Assembly (NCBI GenBank): GCA_965246715.1
Contig: CBDFFH010000047.1
Span: 1-64,000 of the forward strand
Direction: 5' to 3'
DNA length: 64,000 nucleotides
Source: Chamaesiphon sp.
GTDB taxonomy: Bacteria > Cyanobacteriota > Cyanobacteriia > Cyanobacteriales > Chamaesiphonaceae
Shown: positions 30,739-41,644 of the stretch, piece after piece
Layout of the letters: every line of letters starts with the position of its first letter
Position numbering within the stretch: the first letter of the stretch is position 1
Position numbers and translations under genes: made by a program
The notes under the pieces: model-generated
Told to the model about the DNA's origin: nothing
What the model saw: only the letters and a program-made list of their open reading frames with translations
The model's database searches: none

Positions 30739-31872
30739 ATGCTGTTCGATTTGAATCAACGCCATCAACAGATTTTGCGAGCAACGATCCGTCAATATAT
30801 TGCTACGGCCGAACCTGTTGGCTCCAAAACTTTAGTAGACGGGTATAACTTAAATGTCAGTCCGGCGACAATTCGGAGTGGATTTGCAACTTTAGAAAAA
30901 GCCGGTTTCTTGTATCAGCCGCATACTTCTGCTGGCAGAATTCCCTCGGATTCGGGTTATCGAGTATATGTCGATCGCTTGATGCAGCCGTCGCCAACTA
31001 TCGGTCGACAAGTTAAAGAATTATTTACCGATAAATTAGACTGGGATCGCTGGAGTCTAGAAGCAGTTTTACACGGTGCAGCAGAAATATTAGCTACTTT
31101 GAGCGGCTATGTAACCATGATTACGCTGCCGCAAACGCGGCATTCTACGATCGAGCATATTCAGTTGGTTCGACTCGAATCTACCAAAGTAATGTTAATC
31201 CTGGTATTGGATTCTTATCAAACTCAGTCGTCGACGATCGTACATTTACCCCAAGTAGAAGATCGACCGCTCGATGAAGATGCGCTCGATCGGGAATTGC
31301 AGAGATTATCCAATTTTTTAAATAGTCAACTTAGGGGAAAATCGGTCTTAGAAATTGTCACACTAGACTGGAGTAAGTTAGATTCAGCCGCCAATCTACT
31401 GGGAGTTCAAGAGAGCAACCCTGTGGAGAAACAAGAATTGCCACAATATGTAGATCTAGTTAATACTTTACTGGCAAACTTGGCACAGCAAGCCCACCCG
31501 ATTCATTCTACCCAAATCATGATTAGGGGGATTGCGGAAGTCCTGTGTCAGCCAGAATTTTCCCAATTGCAGCAAGTCAAAACATTACTCCACTTATTAG
31601 AATCAGAACAAGAGCGGATCTGGGAGCTAATTTTCGATCCGCATCTAACGAATTTAATCGAAGATCGACCGAAAATTACGATTAGAATCGGTGCAGAAAA
31701 TCCCCTCGAACCAATGCAAACTTGTACGTTAATTTCGACAACTTATCAACAAGATTCGATTCCAGTTGGCAGCGTGGGTTTATTAGGCCCCAAGCGGATG
31801 TTATATGAAGATGCAATCGCCTTAGTTCGCTCGGCAGCAGATTATATTTCGGGTGCGATCGCTCATAAATAA
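30739..31872 (+). CDS. hrcA: Heat-inducible transcription repressor
   Basis: EPVGSKTL; SPATIR; QPHTSAGRIPSDSGYR; GLLGPKRM.Y. Confidence 0.96.
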   Translation: MLFDLNQRHQQILRATIRQYIATAEPVGSKTLVDGYNLNVSPATIRSGFATLEKAGFLYQPHTSAGRIPSDSGYRVYVDRLMQPSPTIGRQVKELFTDKLDWDRWSLEAVLHGAAEILATLSGYVTMITLPQTRHSTIEHIQLVRLESTKVMLILVLDSYQTQSSTIVHLPQVEDRPLDEDALDRELQRLSNFLNSQLRGKSVLEIVTLDWSKLDSAANLLGVQESNPVEKQELPQYVDLVNTLLANLAQQAHPIHSTQIMIRGIAEVLCQPEFSQLQQVKTLLHLLESEQERIWELIFDPHLTNLIEDRPKITIRIGAENPLEPMQTCTLISTTYQQDSIPVGSVGLLGPKRMLYEDAIALVRSAADYISGAIAHK

Positions 31873-31885
31873 CTAGTAGTAACAG

Positions 31886-32575
31886 ATGCTAAATAACAAA
31901 TTATTTTGGTTATTATGGTTGGGCTTTGTGAGCTATGCTTTTTTGCTTGCCCCACCAGATCGATCGGATACGTTACAACTAATAATCGATCTCTCTACCG
32001 GAAAATGGGCGGGTATAAATCCGTTAATTATCGCATTATTTAATTTAATGGGTATTTTACCGCTGATTTATGCGGCATTAATCCTCATTGATGGTAAAAA
32101 TCAACGAATTCCGGCTGGTTTATTTAGTGCGCTATCTTTTGGCGTTGGCGCGTTTGCAATTTTGCCGTATCTGGCATTACGCGAACCCAACTCCAGCCCG
32201 ATTGGCGATTCTCTTGCCGAGAGGCTTCGCCAACGCAGTGGTATGATTAAACTATTAGACTCCCGCTGGTTCGGCATAATTTTATCGATCGGGACGATTG
32301 GATTATTAGCTTATGGGATCGGTCGCGGCGATTGGGTAGACTTCGTTCAACAATGGCGCACAAGTCGGTTTATTCATGTAATGAGTCTAGATTTTTGTCT
32401 GTTAAGCTTACTATTACCAGTACTAATCGGTGACGATCTTCCGCGACGCAGATTTACCAATCCGCGAGCTATTCAATTATTATCTTTTATCCCTTTATTT
32501 GGCGGCTTATTGTATCTGTGTATTCGGCCTAGTTTGACAGACTCTACCGCAAATTCTGCCACCACATTAGTTTAG
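31886..32575 (+). CDS. DUF2834-like membrane protein
   Basis: LFNLMG; GAFAILPYLALR; SRFIHVMSLDF. Confidence 0.75.
   Translation: MLNNKLFWLLWLGFVSYAFLLAPPDRSDTLQLIIDLSTGKWAGINPLIIALFNLMGILPLIYAALILIDGKNQRIPAGLFSALSFGVGAFAILPYLALREPNSSPIGDSLAERLRQRSGMIKLLDSRWFGIILSIGTIGLLAYGIGRGDWVDFVQQWRTSRFIHVMSLDFCLLSLLLPVLIGDDLPRRRFTNPRAIQLLSFIPLFGGLLYLCIRPSLTDSTANSATTLV
32210..32233 (+). repeat. 24-nt small dispersed repeat inserted in a HIP1 site
   Basis: GCGAT[TCTCTTGCCGAGAGGCTTCGCCAA]CGC; related copy at 51909-51932. Confidence 0.75.
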
Positions 32576-32610
32576 TATTTACCGATTATCGATCGCCACA
32601 CTCCTGCCCA

Positions 32611-33234
32611 ATGCTAAAAATTGCCGTTGTAGACTATGACATGGGAAACTTACACTCTGTATGCAAAGGCTTACAAGAGGCGGGCGCGATTCCAGTAATT
32701 ACCGATTTGCCGTCGGAATTAGCAACTGCTGATGCCATTGTCCTTCCAGGGGTCGGCGCATTCGACCCCGCTATCAAACAAATCCGCGATCGCGATTTAG
32801 CCAGCCCCCTCCAAGATATTATCGCTGCTGGCAAGCCATTTCTCGGCATCTGCTTGGGAATGCAAATTTTATGCGATCGCTCTGAGGAAGGGCGCGAAGC
32901 CGGATTAGGAATCATCCCTGGTACGGTGAGGAGATTCCAGCCAGAACCAAATTTAACGATTCCGCAAATGGGTTGGAACCAATTGCTCCTCAACCAACCT
33001 GATTGCCCATTGTGGCAAAACATCTCTCCTGCGGCTTGGGTGTATTTCGTCCATTCTTATTATGTCGAACCAAATTTAGGCTCAGACACAGCCGCAACTG
33101 TCACACACGGCACGCAAACTGTCACAGCCGCGATCGCCAGAGATAATGTCATGGCAGTACAATTTCACCCAGAAAAGTCTGCTAAAACTGGGCTACAGAT
33201 CCTTGCTAATTTTGTGCGATTGGTAGAACACTGA
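32611..33234 (+). CDS. hisH: Imidazole glycerol phosphate synthase glutaminase subunit
   Basis: DYDMGNL; LPGVG; GICLGMQ; FVHSY; QFHPEKS. Confidence 0.97.
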   Translation: MLKIAVVDYDMGNLHSVCKGLQEAGAIPVITDLPSELATADAIVLPGVGAFDPAIKQIRDRDLASPLQDIIAAGKPFLGICLGMQILCDRSEEGREAGLGIIPGTVRRFQPEPNLTIPQMGWNQLLLNQPDCPLWQNISPAAWVYFVHSYYVEPNLGSDTAATVTHGTQTVTAAIARDNVMAVQFHPEKSAKTGLQILANFVRLVEH

Positions 33235-33340
33235 GCCACAATCGGCAAAAAATCTTTGACCTAGCATCGATGTAACTTGCGATCGCATTCTAACTTGGCG
33301 CTGGTGTCCTAGTAAACAGCCAGCGCCAAGCCGATTGCGG

Positions 33341-34729
33341 TCAGTTAGTATCGGATTCTTGTCTGTTCTGAGTGTTAAAAATTTGCGGTTGCGCTGATTC
33401 GATCGATCGAAATAACTTAAGATAATCTCTAGAAATTTTTTCGACCGTATAATTTTTGAGACAATACTGCCGTCCGGATTCACCTAATGTTCTAGTCAAT
33501 TGCGGATTTTGACTCAAGTGCTGGAGGTATGCAGCTAATCCTTCACTATCACCATTTCGTACTGTTGCACCACAATTGGCTTCAGCGAAGATCTCATTTA
33601 GATATGAATGTTCCGAACAAATACTCGCAATCGGGCGACCAGAGGCTAGCGCCGAATACAGCTTACTCGGAGCAACCAACCCTTCCATCCCTTCACTGAT
33701 ACTGACGATCGATACATCGCAAGCCGTGAGTGAGAAGGGTAAATTTTCACGAGCTTGATAGGGTAGAAATAGACAACTATCGATCCCTAATTCGTCAACA
33801 CGTTCCATGAACTGCTTGCGTTTATCGCCACTACCGATAAACACAAAGCGGATCGGCGTATCCCGCAGGAGAATAATTGCATCAAATAGCGTGTCCATAT
33901 CGTGACAGCGCCCCATATTGCCTGAATACAAGACAGTAAATGGTTCGACGAGATCGTGCTCGCACGCAAACCAGTTATCTTGTTTAGCGATGGGGACGAT
34001 CTGATGCGGATCTGCCCAATTAGGAATCGTGGTAATTTTGTCATCGATGCCGGGTTGCTTGGCCAAAATTCGCTCTTTCATCGTATCGCTCAAGACGATA
34101 ATTGCTGCCGCATTTTTCCAAGTCAAGCAATTAAGCCGATCCCACAATTTGGCAATCCAATGTTGTTTTTTAATTACATCTAGTTCGATCGCAATGTCTG
34201 GATATAAGTCATACAACAAGCAGACATAACGAATTCGACAAACTCGACTGAGTAGATAACCGAGTAATGGTAAAAATGGTGGCGCAGTTGTAAGTAATAC
34301 TAACTCTCGGCTCTGAGGGTGTCTGAGCAAATGTACTGCCGTGCGGATAAAGAAAATTGCTCCAGCAACTGCTTTGCCACGAATGCGATCGGGACAAAAC
34401 CGAGCGGCATCAGAGCGGCGAATCGATAGTGTGTCTTGAATTTCGCGGCGGGGTGAGTCATCGCGATCGAAAGCATACGATGGCTGACTGGTGAATACAT
34501 CAACAGATCCAAATTCTTTGAGATGAACGGCCAATTCTTCGATTAATTGACCCGTAGCAGCGTAGTCTGGCGGGAAAAACTGATTAACAATTTTGAGCTT
34601 GAGTTTTCGTGTCGAGAGCCTGGGCTTGCGCGAGAAAGAACGATCCACAAGTGGTTTGTCCAAAAAAGGAGGAGAGGATAATTTATCACTGACTGCCTGA
34701 CGCGATCTTTGCTTAGAATTGAACGCCAT
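33341..34729 (-). CDS. GT4 glycosyltransferase (WcaI-like)
   Basis: NQFFPPDYAATGQ; YSGNMG; PSKLY..LASG. Confidence 0.9.
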   Translation of the reverse strand: MAFNSKQRSRQAVSDKLSSPPFLDKPLVDRSFSRKPRLSTRKLKLKIVNQFFPPDYAATGQLIEELAVHLKEFGSVDVFTSQPSYAFDRDDSPRREIQDTLSIRRSDAARFCPDRIRGKAVAGAIFFIRTAVHLLRHPQSRELVLLTTAPPFLPLLGYLLSRVCRIRYVCLLYDLYPDIAIELDVIKKQHWIAKLWDRLNCLTWKNAAAIIVLSDTMKERILAKQPGIDDKITTIPNWADPHQIVPIAKQDNWFACEHDLVEPFTVLYSGNMGRCHDMDTLFDAIILLRDTPIRFVFIGSGDKRKQFMERVDELGIDSCLFLPYQARENLPFSLTACDVSIVSISEGMEGLVAPSKLYSALASGRPIASICSEHSYLNEIFAEANCGATVRNGDSEGLAAYLQHLSQNPQLTRTLGESGRQYCLKNYTVEKISRDYLKLFRSIESAQPQIFNTQNRQESDTN

Positions 34730-35091
34730 TATATTGTTAATCTTATTGCATATGAGGATAAATCGGAAATACCATCGATTGGCTCACTCACTGGCCAAAC
34801 AGAATTTAAAGCTCAAATGTTACTGAGTCATAATATAGAATACCCATCATGTTTATGCTAGCAACCGAATCTATTGGTGAATTTTGCCATTGCGGTGGCT
34901 GGCTGGCCAGCCACGTCTAGGATATACGCTCCGCCGACTGCCATATCCAGTTCTCTATTCGTGGCAAGTTTTGATTTGGCGTTGAGAACTTGTTCTTTTC
35001 CGAGCCTCTTCCATAGCAACCACAATGCCAGATCCGCATACAATCTATTGATGACGGTCGATATTTTTCTGTAAAATCGGGATAGTTTTAG

Positions 35092-35667
35092 ATGCGATTA
35101 GATAGATATACTGTAGGTGCTTACTCCCCTGGTGCACCGTTATGGAAGCAAATTGCTTGGTATTATCTGGGAGCGCCATTGGTAAGTAGCTATTGGATCG
35201 TTGATTCTGACTTCAAGTGTTGGATCTTGAAGTGCTTTGGTGCAGTTGTGGGTGAGGGCGTGCGAATTAAGCATGGGGTAAGGATTAAGTTTCCATGGCG
35301 GCTGGTGGTAGGGGATTTTGTCTGGCTGGGCGAGAATTGCTGGATTGACAATGTGGCTGTGGTAAATATTGAGAGGCACTCTTGCTTATCTCAAGAAGTT
35401 TATCTTTGCACGGGAAACCATGATTGGTGCGATCCCGATTTCCAGCTCAAAGACATGCCCATTCATATCGAAGCAGGATGTTGGATTGCCGCACGGGCGA
35501 CAGTGGGGCCTGGCGTGACGTTGGGACGAGGTGCGGTGTTATGCTTGGGCAGTGTCACGGGTCGCTCTCTAGCTGCAATGACTATTTATGCGGGAAATCC
35601 AGCACAGCCAATCAAACGGCGACAAATTGCCGCAGGCGAGAGTGAGTTTAATCTGTCCCAATCGTAG
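35092..35667 (+). CDS. wcaF: WcaF-like hexapeptide acetyltransferase
   Basis: IKFPWRL; LCTGNHD; YAGNPA. Confidence 0.88.
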   Translation: MRLDRYTVGAYSPGAPLWKQIAWYYLGAPLVSSYWIVDSDFKCWILKCFGAVVGEGVRIKHGVRIKFPWRLVVGDFVWLGENCWIDNVAVVNIERHSCLSQEVYLCTGNHDWCDPDFQLKDMPIHIEAGCWIAARATVGPGVTLGRGAVLCLGSVTGRSLAAMTIYAGNPAQPIKRRQIAAGESEFNLSQS

Positions 35668-35769
35668 CACGGCAATTCTAAAATCTCCAAGATTTAACCC
35701 GATCGAGTGCGACAAATTATGCAATTGTGTCAATCTATACGACAAAATGATAGTACTATCTGCGAATCT

Positions 35770-36630
35770 CTAAAGCAAGCTTAATATATATTTACTGTAA
35801 TTACTGGAAAGTGTGGGGCTAGCTAATTTACGCAGCTGATGTTCGTCAATAAATCCCATGCGATAAGCAACTTCTTCGATGCAAGCAATTTTCAAACCTT
35901 GTCTTTGCTCGATCGTTTCTACAAACATCGCAGCTTGCAATAAACTCTCTGGTGTACCAGTATCTAACCAAGCAAATCCTCGCCCTAATTGTTTTACTTC
36001 TAATTGTCCCTGTGCCAAATAGACCCGATTGATATCGGTAATCTCTAATTCTCCGCGTGGTGATGGCTCGATCTTCTTGGCAATTTCTACTACTTGGCGA
36101 TCGTAGAAATATAAGCCTGTTACTGCATAATTAGACTTTGGCACTAGGGGTTTTTCTTCAATGTCGATCGCCAGGCCATGCTTGTCAAACTCTACTACCC
36201 CATAGCGCTGTGGATCTTTGACGTAATAGCCAAAAATTACGGCTCCAGTATCTAAGGCTGCTGCTGACTGGAGCTGTTTGCTCAATCCGTTGCTGTAGAA
36301 AATATTATCCCCTAAAATTAGGGCGACTCGATCGTTATCGATAAACTTTTCACCGATAATAAAAGCTTCAGCTAAACCATTTGGTATTGGTTGTTCTGCG
36401 TATTCGAGCTTAATGCCTAATTGACTACCGTCACCTAGTAACTTTCTAAATCCTGGTAGATCGTAAGGAGTAGAAATAATCAAAATCTCCTTAATTCCTG
36501 CTAGTAACAGCGTCGATAAAGGATAATAAATCATCGGTTTATCATAAACAGGCAGCATCTGTTTCGATATTACCAATGTCAGCGGGTAAAGCTTCGTGCC
36601 ATAACCACCAGCGAGAATAATTCCTTTCAC
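35770..36630 (-). CDS. rfbA: Glucose-1-phosphate thymidylyltransferase
   Basis: [28 protein letters not shown]. Confidence 0.96.
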   Translation of the reverse strand: MKGIILAGGYGTKLYPLTLVISKQMLPVYDKPMIYYPLSTLLLAGIKEILIISTPYDLPGFRKLLGDGSQLGIKLEYAEQPIPNGLAEAFIIGEKFIDNDRVALILGDNIFYSNGLSKQLQSAAALDTGAVIFGYYVKDPQRYGVVEFDKHGLAIDIEEKPLVPKSNYAVTGLYFYDRQVVEIAKKIEPSPRGELEITDINRVYLAQGQLEVKQLGRGFAWLDTGTPESLLQAAMFVETIEQRQGLKIACIEEVAYRMGFIDEHQLRKLASPTLSSNYSKYILSLL

Positions 36631-36660
36631 GTTAGTTTACTCCTCAACCGCTGAATTTAA

Positions 36661-37725
36661 CTAAATTCTACCTAATCTTTCGAGATTGTATTTATCGGCG
36701 ATGACCTGCTGACACCACACTTGATTGTCAAGGTACCAGCAAACTGTATGGCGGAGTCCAGATTCGAGATCTACTTGTGGTTGCCAACCTAATTCCTGCT
36801 GCAGCTTGGTAGAATCGATCGCATAACGGCGATCGTGTCCGGGGCGATCTGCAACATAAGTAATTAACTGCTGATGGGGATAGTAAGGAGATTGGGGCAA
36901 TAACTCATCTAACAGCTCGCATAATTTAGTTACCAGCCAGATATTGGTACGTTCGCTAGCACCACCGATATTATAAGTTTCGCCTGGCCTGCCCGAAGTT
37001 AATACCAAATCGATCGCGCGACAATGATCTTCGACAAATAACCAATCACGAATATTCTGCCCATCACCATATACTGGGAGCGGTTTGCCTAACACCCCGT
37101 TGAGAATCATCAACGGTACTAATTTTTCCGGAAATTGATACCAACCGTAATTATTAGAACAATTAGTAATTAAAATTGGCAGTCCATAGGTATAGAAATA
37201 CGACCTAACTAAATGATCCCCACTGGCTTTTGATGCTGAGTAAGGGTTATTTGGTGCATAGGAGGTAGTTTCAGTAGCAGGTAAATCTATAAGTGATAAC
37301 GAGCCAAATACTTCATCTGTAGATACTTGTAAAAATCTAAATTTTTCTCGATTTACTCGTCCTAAACCTTGCCAGTATTTGCGAGTTGATTCTAATAAAT
37401 TAAAAGTTCCAATAATATTAGTTTCGATAAAGTTTGCCGGACTATCGATCGATCGATCGACATGAGTTTCGGCAGCAAAATTAATAATTGCTTGCGGTTG
37501 GTAATGGGCTAATAAACGATCGACTAACTGGCGATCTCCGATATCACCACGCACAAACACATGGCGGAGATTTGTCGCTAAGTCGGTCAGTGTAATGACA
37601 TTACCTGCGTAGGTAAGTTTATCTAGATTGATAATCCGGCGTTCGAGCTGATTTTGCTGGAGATAAATGAAGTTAGCACCAATAAATCCCGCCCCACCTG
37701 TGACTAGAATAGTCGAATCGTACAT
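36661..37725 (-). CDS. rfbB: dTDP-glucose 4,6-dehydratase
   Basis: TGGAGFIG; AAETHVDRSI; STDEV; YSASK; DRPGHDRRY. Confidence 0.96.
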   Translation of the reverse strand: MYDSTILVTGGAGFIGANFIYLQQNQLERRIINLDKLTYAGNVITLTDLATNLRHVFVRGDIGDRQLVDRLLAHYQPQAIINFAAETHVDRSIDSPANFIETNIIGTFNLLESTRKYWQGLGRVNREKFRFLQVSTDEVFGSLSLIDLPATETTSYAPNNPYSASKASGDHLVRSYFYTYGLPILITNCSNNYGWYQFPEKLVPLMILNGVLGKPLPVYGDGQNIRDWLFVEDHCRAIDLVLTSGRPGETYNIGGASERTNIWLVTKLCELLDELLPQSPYYPHQQLITYVADRPGHDRRYAIDSTKLQQELGWQPQVDLESGLRHTVCWYLDNQVWCQQVIADKYNLERLGRI

Positions 37726-38302
37726 CTTTCAGTCTACTTCAACGATGGATTATTATCGATCGCTAACCAGCATAGCACTCTAAGTAATTAGAGACTTTAC
37801 AACCATTAATTTTACTTTGATTTTAGATATTCGACTTCGATCAGATGAATCGAAAGTAATAGCTCGGCTAGAGACAGAGATTCTAGACATAAACAGAGGA
37901 TAAAATTAGTTCGGCGAAATTTATAATTAAGTGATGGATCGAGTAAATTCCAAATAAGCTTTGCTGAGGTCTAATAATATTTTTTTTGAAAAATCGTTGA
38001 AAGTGAAAGGAAAGTCTATACATGTCATTAACAATAGACACCCAAAAATTGGTTCGTTAAAAAATTACGAGATTAACATCTTAACCATAATGTAATAGCG
38101 CTCGAACAGCGACAAATTGCAGAAGGATGAACGACATGTTCTATCTTTTGAATCCTAGCATCACAATTCCCAACTTGAAAATCTTTAAGCCGATCGACTT
38201 AAAATTATGTAAAGATGATTGCAATGGCTTCGATCGAATACGCTTAGCTATCTACACATTTTCGAGTCAAGCTCGACTTATTATTTACTTCAGGGATAAG
38301 TT

Positions 38303-39400
38303 TCATTGAGCAAATAATATTTTTCTGCTTAAATTATTTTTTGACAGCAACACAACAACAATCCAACTTATTGTAAAGCTAAGCGTAGTGCAGATAAATA
38401 TCGAAAATATCGGTTGCATCAAAGGTTGGAATTTAGCTACCAAAGGTCTAACAAACTGGACGATTAAATCGTGTACTAAATAAATGCCGAATGTACAAGA
38501 TCCAAGATTAGTAATAAATTTGTTTTCCTCGATCTGAGCTGACATTGAAATAGCTAGCATTAAGAAGCAATAAGCAATAGTCAATTCACTTACAAAAGCT
38601 GGAAATACTACTAGATTACAAGCAGTCAAAATATTAAATACGAAAGCCATTGAAAAATAGACAATAGTAGTTGCGGCATTAAATTTGAGTACTTTTCTAA
38701 TGGCAATTAAATTGTTTAGGATAATGGCAGCAAAAATATAAGGTATACATCTTAATGCCCATGATGTTATTACTGCACTTACCCTAATAAATTGATTTGT
38801 ACTTAAGTTAGAAGATGTTAGATTTAAAATGTTTGCGAAAGCGATATTCGGCCCCAGATAAAAACTATTTCCTGAATCAATAATCGTTTGGTATAGCAGC
38901 GAACTCAAAACGAATAAGCCTAGGACTAACTTCATCTCCAACTTAGACTTCGGAATGAATTTTTGAATTAAAAAAACACTAATTGTTCCCGAAATCAATA
39001 AGGGAATGTAATAAATTTGAGTTGCCGAGCCGCCCAAGAAAATAACAGCAGCGGGATCTGCAAAAAAATCCTTGAGTTTATCTGGACTATGGGCGAGTAA
39101 GTATTTTAATATTCTAAAAATAGAATGAATTAAAGTCCAAGCTAGGTAAGGAATTAACAATACATTAATTCTCGTCACAAACCCATACTGCTTATCACTA
39201 AAAAAAACTCTTTGCGCGATCAGGTAAAAAGATGTAGCCAAGAAAAAAGGTACCGCAAATCCAGCACAAAATGCAGTTATCACCGATGCCAGTAGATCTT
39301 CTGTATGAAACTCTCCACCATTGGAGTGTATCCATACAACTGCATAAGTCGCACATATTTTGATCGAATCTATACCAATAAACCGTTTTTTATTAATCAT
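38303..39400 (-). CDS. Acyltransferase family 3 (membrane O-acyltransferase)
   Basis: GIDSIK...VVWIH; AVPFF; TFGIYLVH; multi-TM. Confidence 0.85.
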   Translation of the reverse strand: MINKKRFIGIDSIKICATYAVVWIHSNGGEFHTEDLLASVITAFCAGFAVPFFLATSFYLIAQRVFFSDKQYGFVTRINVLLIPYLAWTLIHSIFRILKYLLAHSPDKLKDFFADPAAVIFLGGSATQIYYIPLLISGTISVFLIQKFIPKSKLEMKLVLGLFVLSSLLYQTIIDSGNSFYLGPNIAFANILNLTSSNLSTNQFIRVSAVITSWALRCIPYIFAAIILNNLIAIRKVLKFNAATTIVYFSMAFVFNILTACNLVVFPAFVSELTIAYCFLMLAISMSAQIEENKFITNLGSCTFGIYLVHDLIVQFVRPLVAKFQPLMQPIFSIFICTTLSFTISWIVVVLLSKNNLSRKILFAQ

Positions 39401-39420
39401 CAAAACCTATTTTTTTACCT

Positions 39421-40191
39421 TTATCTCGATCGAAAGTATTCAAGCTCGATAATATGAATAGACAACAGCAATTCAGCTAGTGTACGTTGAAAAGCATAAT
39501 ACCATCCCCGCCAGCCATCGAGAATGCCGCCTTTGAGGATCAGACAATAAACTAAAATTATAAACGGTGCCAAAATTTTACGTTTGCGGAGTCGATCGCC
39601 AAGACTTAACTCTCGATCTACAGTTTCCAAAAGTTTTTTAGCTTCGATAACCATATATCGATCTTGCGCCCATAGCCAACGACTCAGTGGCTTGCGATCG
39701 TCGTGATGGATATAATAATTAAGCTGACTCGATCGACCTTCAAGTTTGAGTAACTGGGTATGACCATCATCGATATAGGTGGCACTAGCTGTTCTAAATA
39801 AAGCTAACCGAGGCGGTAAGATCGTACCTCGCAATGGTTTCCCAAACACACAGTATTTAAACGGAATAAAGTAGCCATTAATATCTGAATCTGTCAGCAA
39901 TTTAAATGTTTCGATCGGTGAATCTGCCAGTACATAATCTGCATCTAATGATAGCACCCATTCTGACTGAATCTGCTCTAAACCATAGTTCCATTGATTA
40001 GTGTGCGTATCAAATTTTCGTTGAAATATTTTGATTTGAGGATACGACTTGAGAATTTCTAACGTACTATCCTCACTATAGCTGTCAATAACAATAACCT
40101 CTTTAGCCCATGTCAACTGTCGGAGAGTTAGATCGATATTAGGATCTTCGTTGTAAGTAAGAATTAATGGCGTAATAGATTCAAGTAGCAT
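39421..40191 (-). CDS. GT2 glycosyltransferase
   Basis: ILTYNE; IDSYS.D; LDAD. Confidence 0.9.
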   Translation of the reverse strand: MLLESITPLILTYNEDPNIDLTLRQLTWAKEVIVIDSYSEDSTLEILKSYPQIKIFQRKFDTHTNQWNYGLEQIQSEWVLSLDADYVLADSPIETFKLLTDSDINGYFIPFKYCVFGKPLRGTILPPRLALFRTASATYIDDGHTQLLKLEGRSSQLNYYIHHDDRKPLSRWLWAQDRYMVIEAKKLLETVDRELSLGDRLRKRKILAPFIILVYCLILKGGILDGWRGWYYAFQRTLAELLLSIHIIELEYFRSR

Positions 40192-40214
40192 CTCTATAAA
40201 ATAACCTTACTTAT

Positions 40215-41393
40215 CTAAGATGTGAGTAGTTGTTGCTTTATTGTCGATTTATAGGTTTGAATTAAATCGGCAACAATTTTATCCCAAGTGTAATTTTCGA
40301 GAATGAATTGACGAGCATGACTGCCCATTTCTTTTGCGGTTGCTGGATCTTGCAAGCAGCAAATCAAGGCATTAGCTATTGTATCTACGTCAGGATCTAC
40401 AACATAAGCTACCTTCTCAGTTTCAGCTTCTGGAAAATTGCAACCAGTCGTGATCGTGCAGGGCAAGCCAGATGCCATTCCTTCCAGGATCGACATGCTA
40501 AATCCTTCAGAGTATGATGGTGCCACATAAATATCGGCAGCAGCAAGTGCTGCTGATTTAATATTGCCAGTCAGCATTCCGGTGAAAGTAACTCCATCTA
40601 GGCATCCAGCCTCAACAAAATATTCCTTAGCTCTTGGTAAGAAGCCAATATTATCGGGACCAGCAACAATCAGGTGTGCATTGGTAAATTGTTCGCGTAT
40701 TTTAGCAAAAGCCGGGGCAAGTAGATCCAAACCTTTTTTGGGATCTATTCTACCCATAAATAAGATTCTGGTCTTGTCACGAGTTTCAGGGAATCGATCG
40801 AAAAAGATTTCTGGATCTGGAAGTTCTGCAAAATCTTGGCGGTGAATGCCATTTGGGACAACAATTACTGGAGTTTTTAGTCCCAGCGATCGAATATTGT
40901 GTGATTCTGATGAGTTTAAAGCTTGAATCGCGCTAGCATATTTTAGTGCTGAACGCTCGATCGCTGCCATATAAATTTGCTTTTTGAGAGATTTATACGC
41001 CAGTGCCCACGGCTCCAGCATTCCTTGTGGGTTCATGATATAAGGTACATGATGATACTGACATGCCCAGTGTGCGGCAGTTACTGGGTAGGAAAAAACT
41101 GCCATCGTATGTACGAGGTCGTAGTCTAGGACATGGGAAAATAGCCATGTGGTAAAAGATATACTTAATTTAGCATCAGCGACATTCCAACATGAAAAGT
41201 AGCGGATGCGATAATTAGATCGATCGACCCAGCTATCTAACGGTACATCCAGACATTCACTGCCATTGGCATTGGTTGTTACAACATCTACACTAATTCC
41301 TTGATTACCAAGTTCTTGTGCCCACTCCAGTGCAATTTTAGAAGTTCCACCGTATAGAGGTGCAATCGATGCAATCGCAATCAGAATTTTCAT
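40215..41393 (-). CDS. GT4 glycosyltransferase
   Basis: GRIDPKKG; SEGFSMSILEGMASG. Confidence 0.92.
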   Translation of the reverse strand: MKILIAIASIAPLYGGTSKIALEWAQELGNQGISVDVVTTNANGSECLDVPLDSWVDRSNYRIRYFSCWNVADAKLSISFTTWLFSHVLDYDLVHTMAVFSYPVTAAHWACQYHHVPYIMNPQGMLEPWALAYKSLKKQIYMAAIERSALKYASAIQALNSSESHNIRSLGLKTPVIVVPNGIHRQDFAELPDPEIFFDRFPETRDKTRILFMGRIDPKKGLDLLAPAFAKIREQFTNAHLIVAGPDNIGFLPRAKEYFVEAGCLDGVTFTGMLTGNIKSAALAAADIYVAPSYSEGFSMSILEGMASGLPCTITTGCNFPEAETEKVAYVVDPDVDTIANALICCLQDPATAKEMGSHARQFILENYTWDKIVADLIQTYKSTIKQQLLTS

Positions 41394-41644
41394 GGATTAT
41401 GTGTGCAAAACAATATTTAAAAAGAGGGGGCATTTGTAGCTTCGATCTTACTTTTGAGACACCCTCTAAGCTCGACTTTATCCATTTTCGATTGCCTCAG
41501 GGCGAAGCGTTTCGCCATAACGGTTCTAGCTGTTCAGACTTTTTGAATATCACCTGTTTTTCTCGATCTGTGAAAAGTCAGTTCGATTTCGCAAGTCTAG
41601 GAGGCAGTCTCGATCGGGAAAGTTTAAAAATGGATAAAGTCGAG

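Noticed and set aside
34858..35074. Short ORFs between the GT4 and wcaF genes
   Set aside because: No recognisable motifs; probably divergent promoter DNA.
41394..41644. Possible MITE-end remnants (TTTTGAGACACCCTCTAA) and the 160-aa plus-strand ORF
   Set aside because: No matching partner TIR or TSD found; the ORF is antisense to GT genes.
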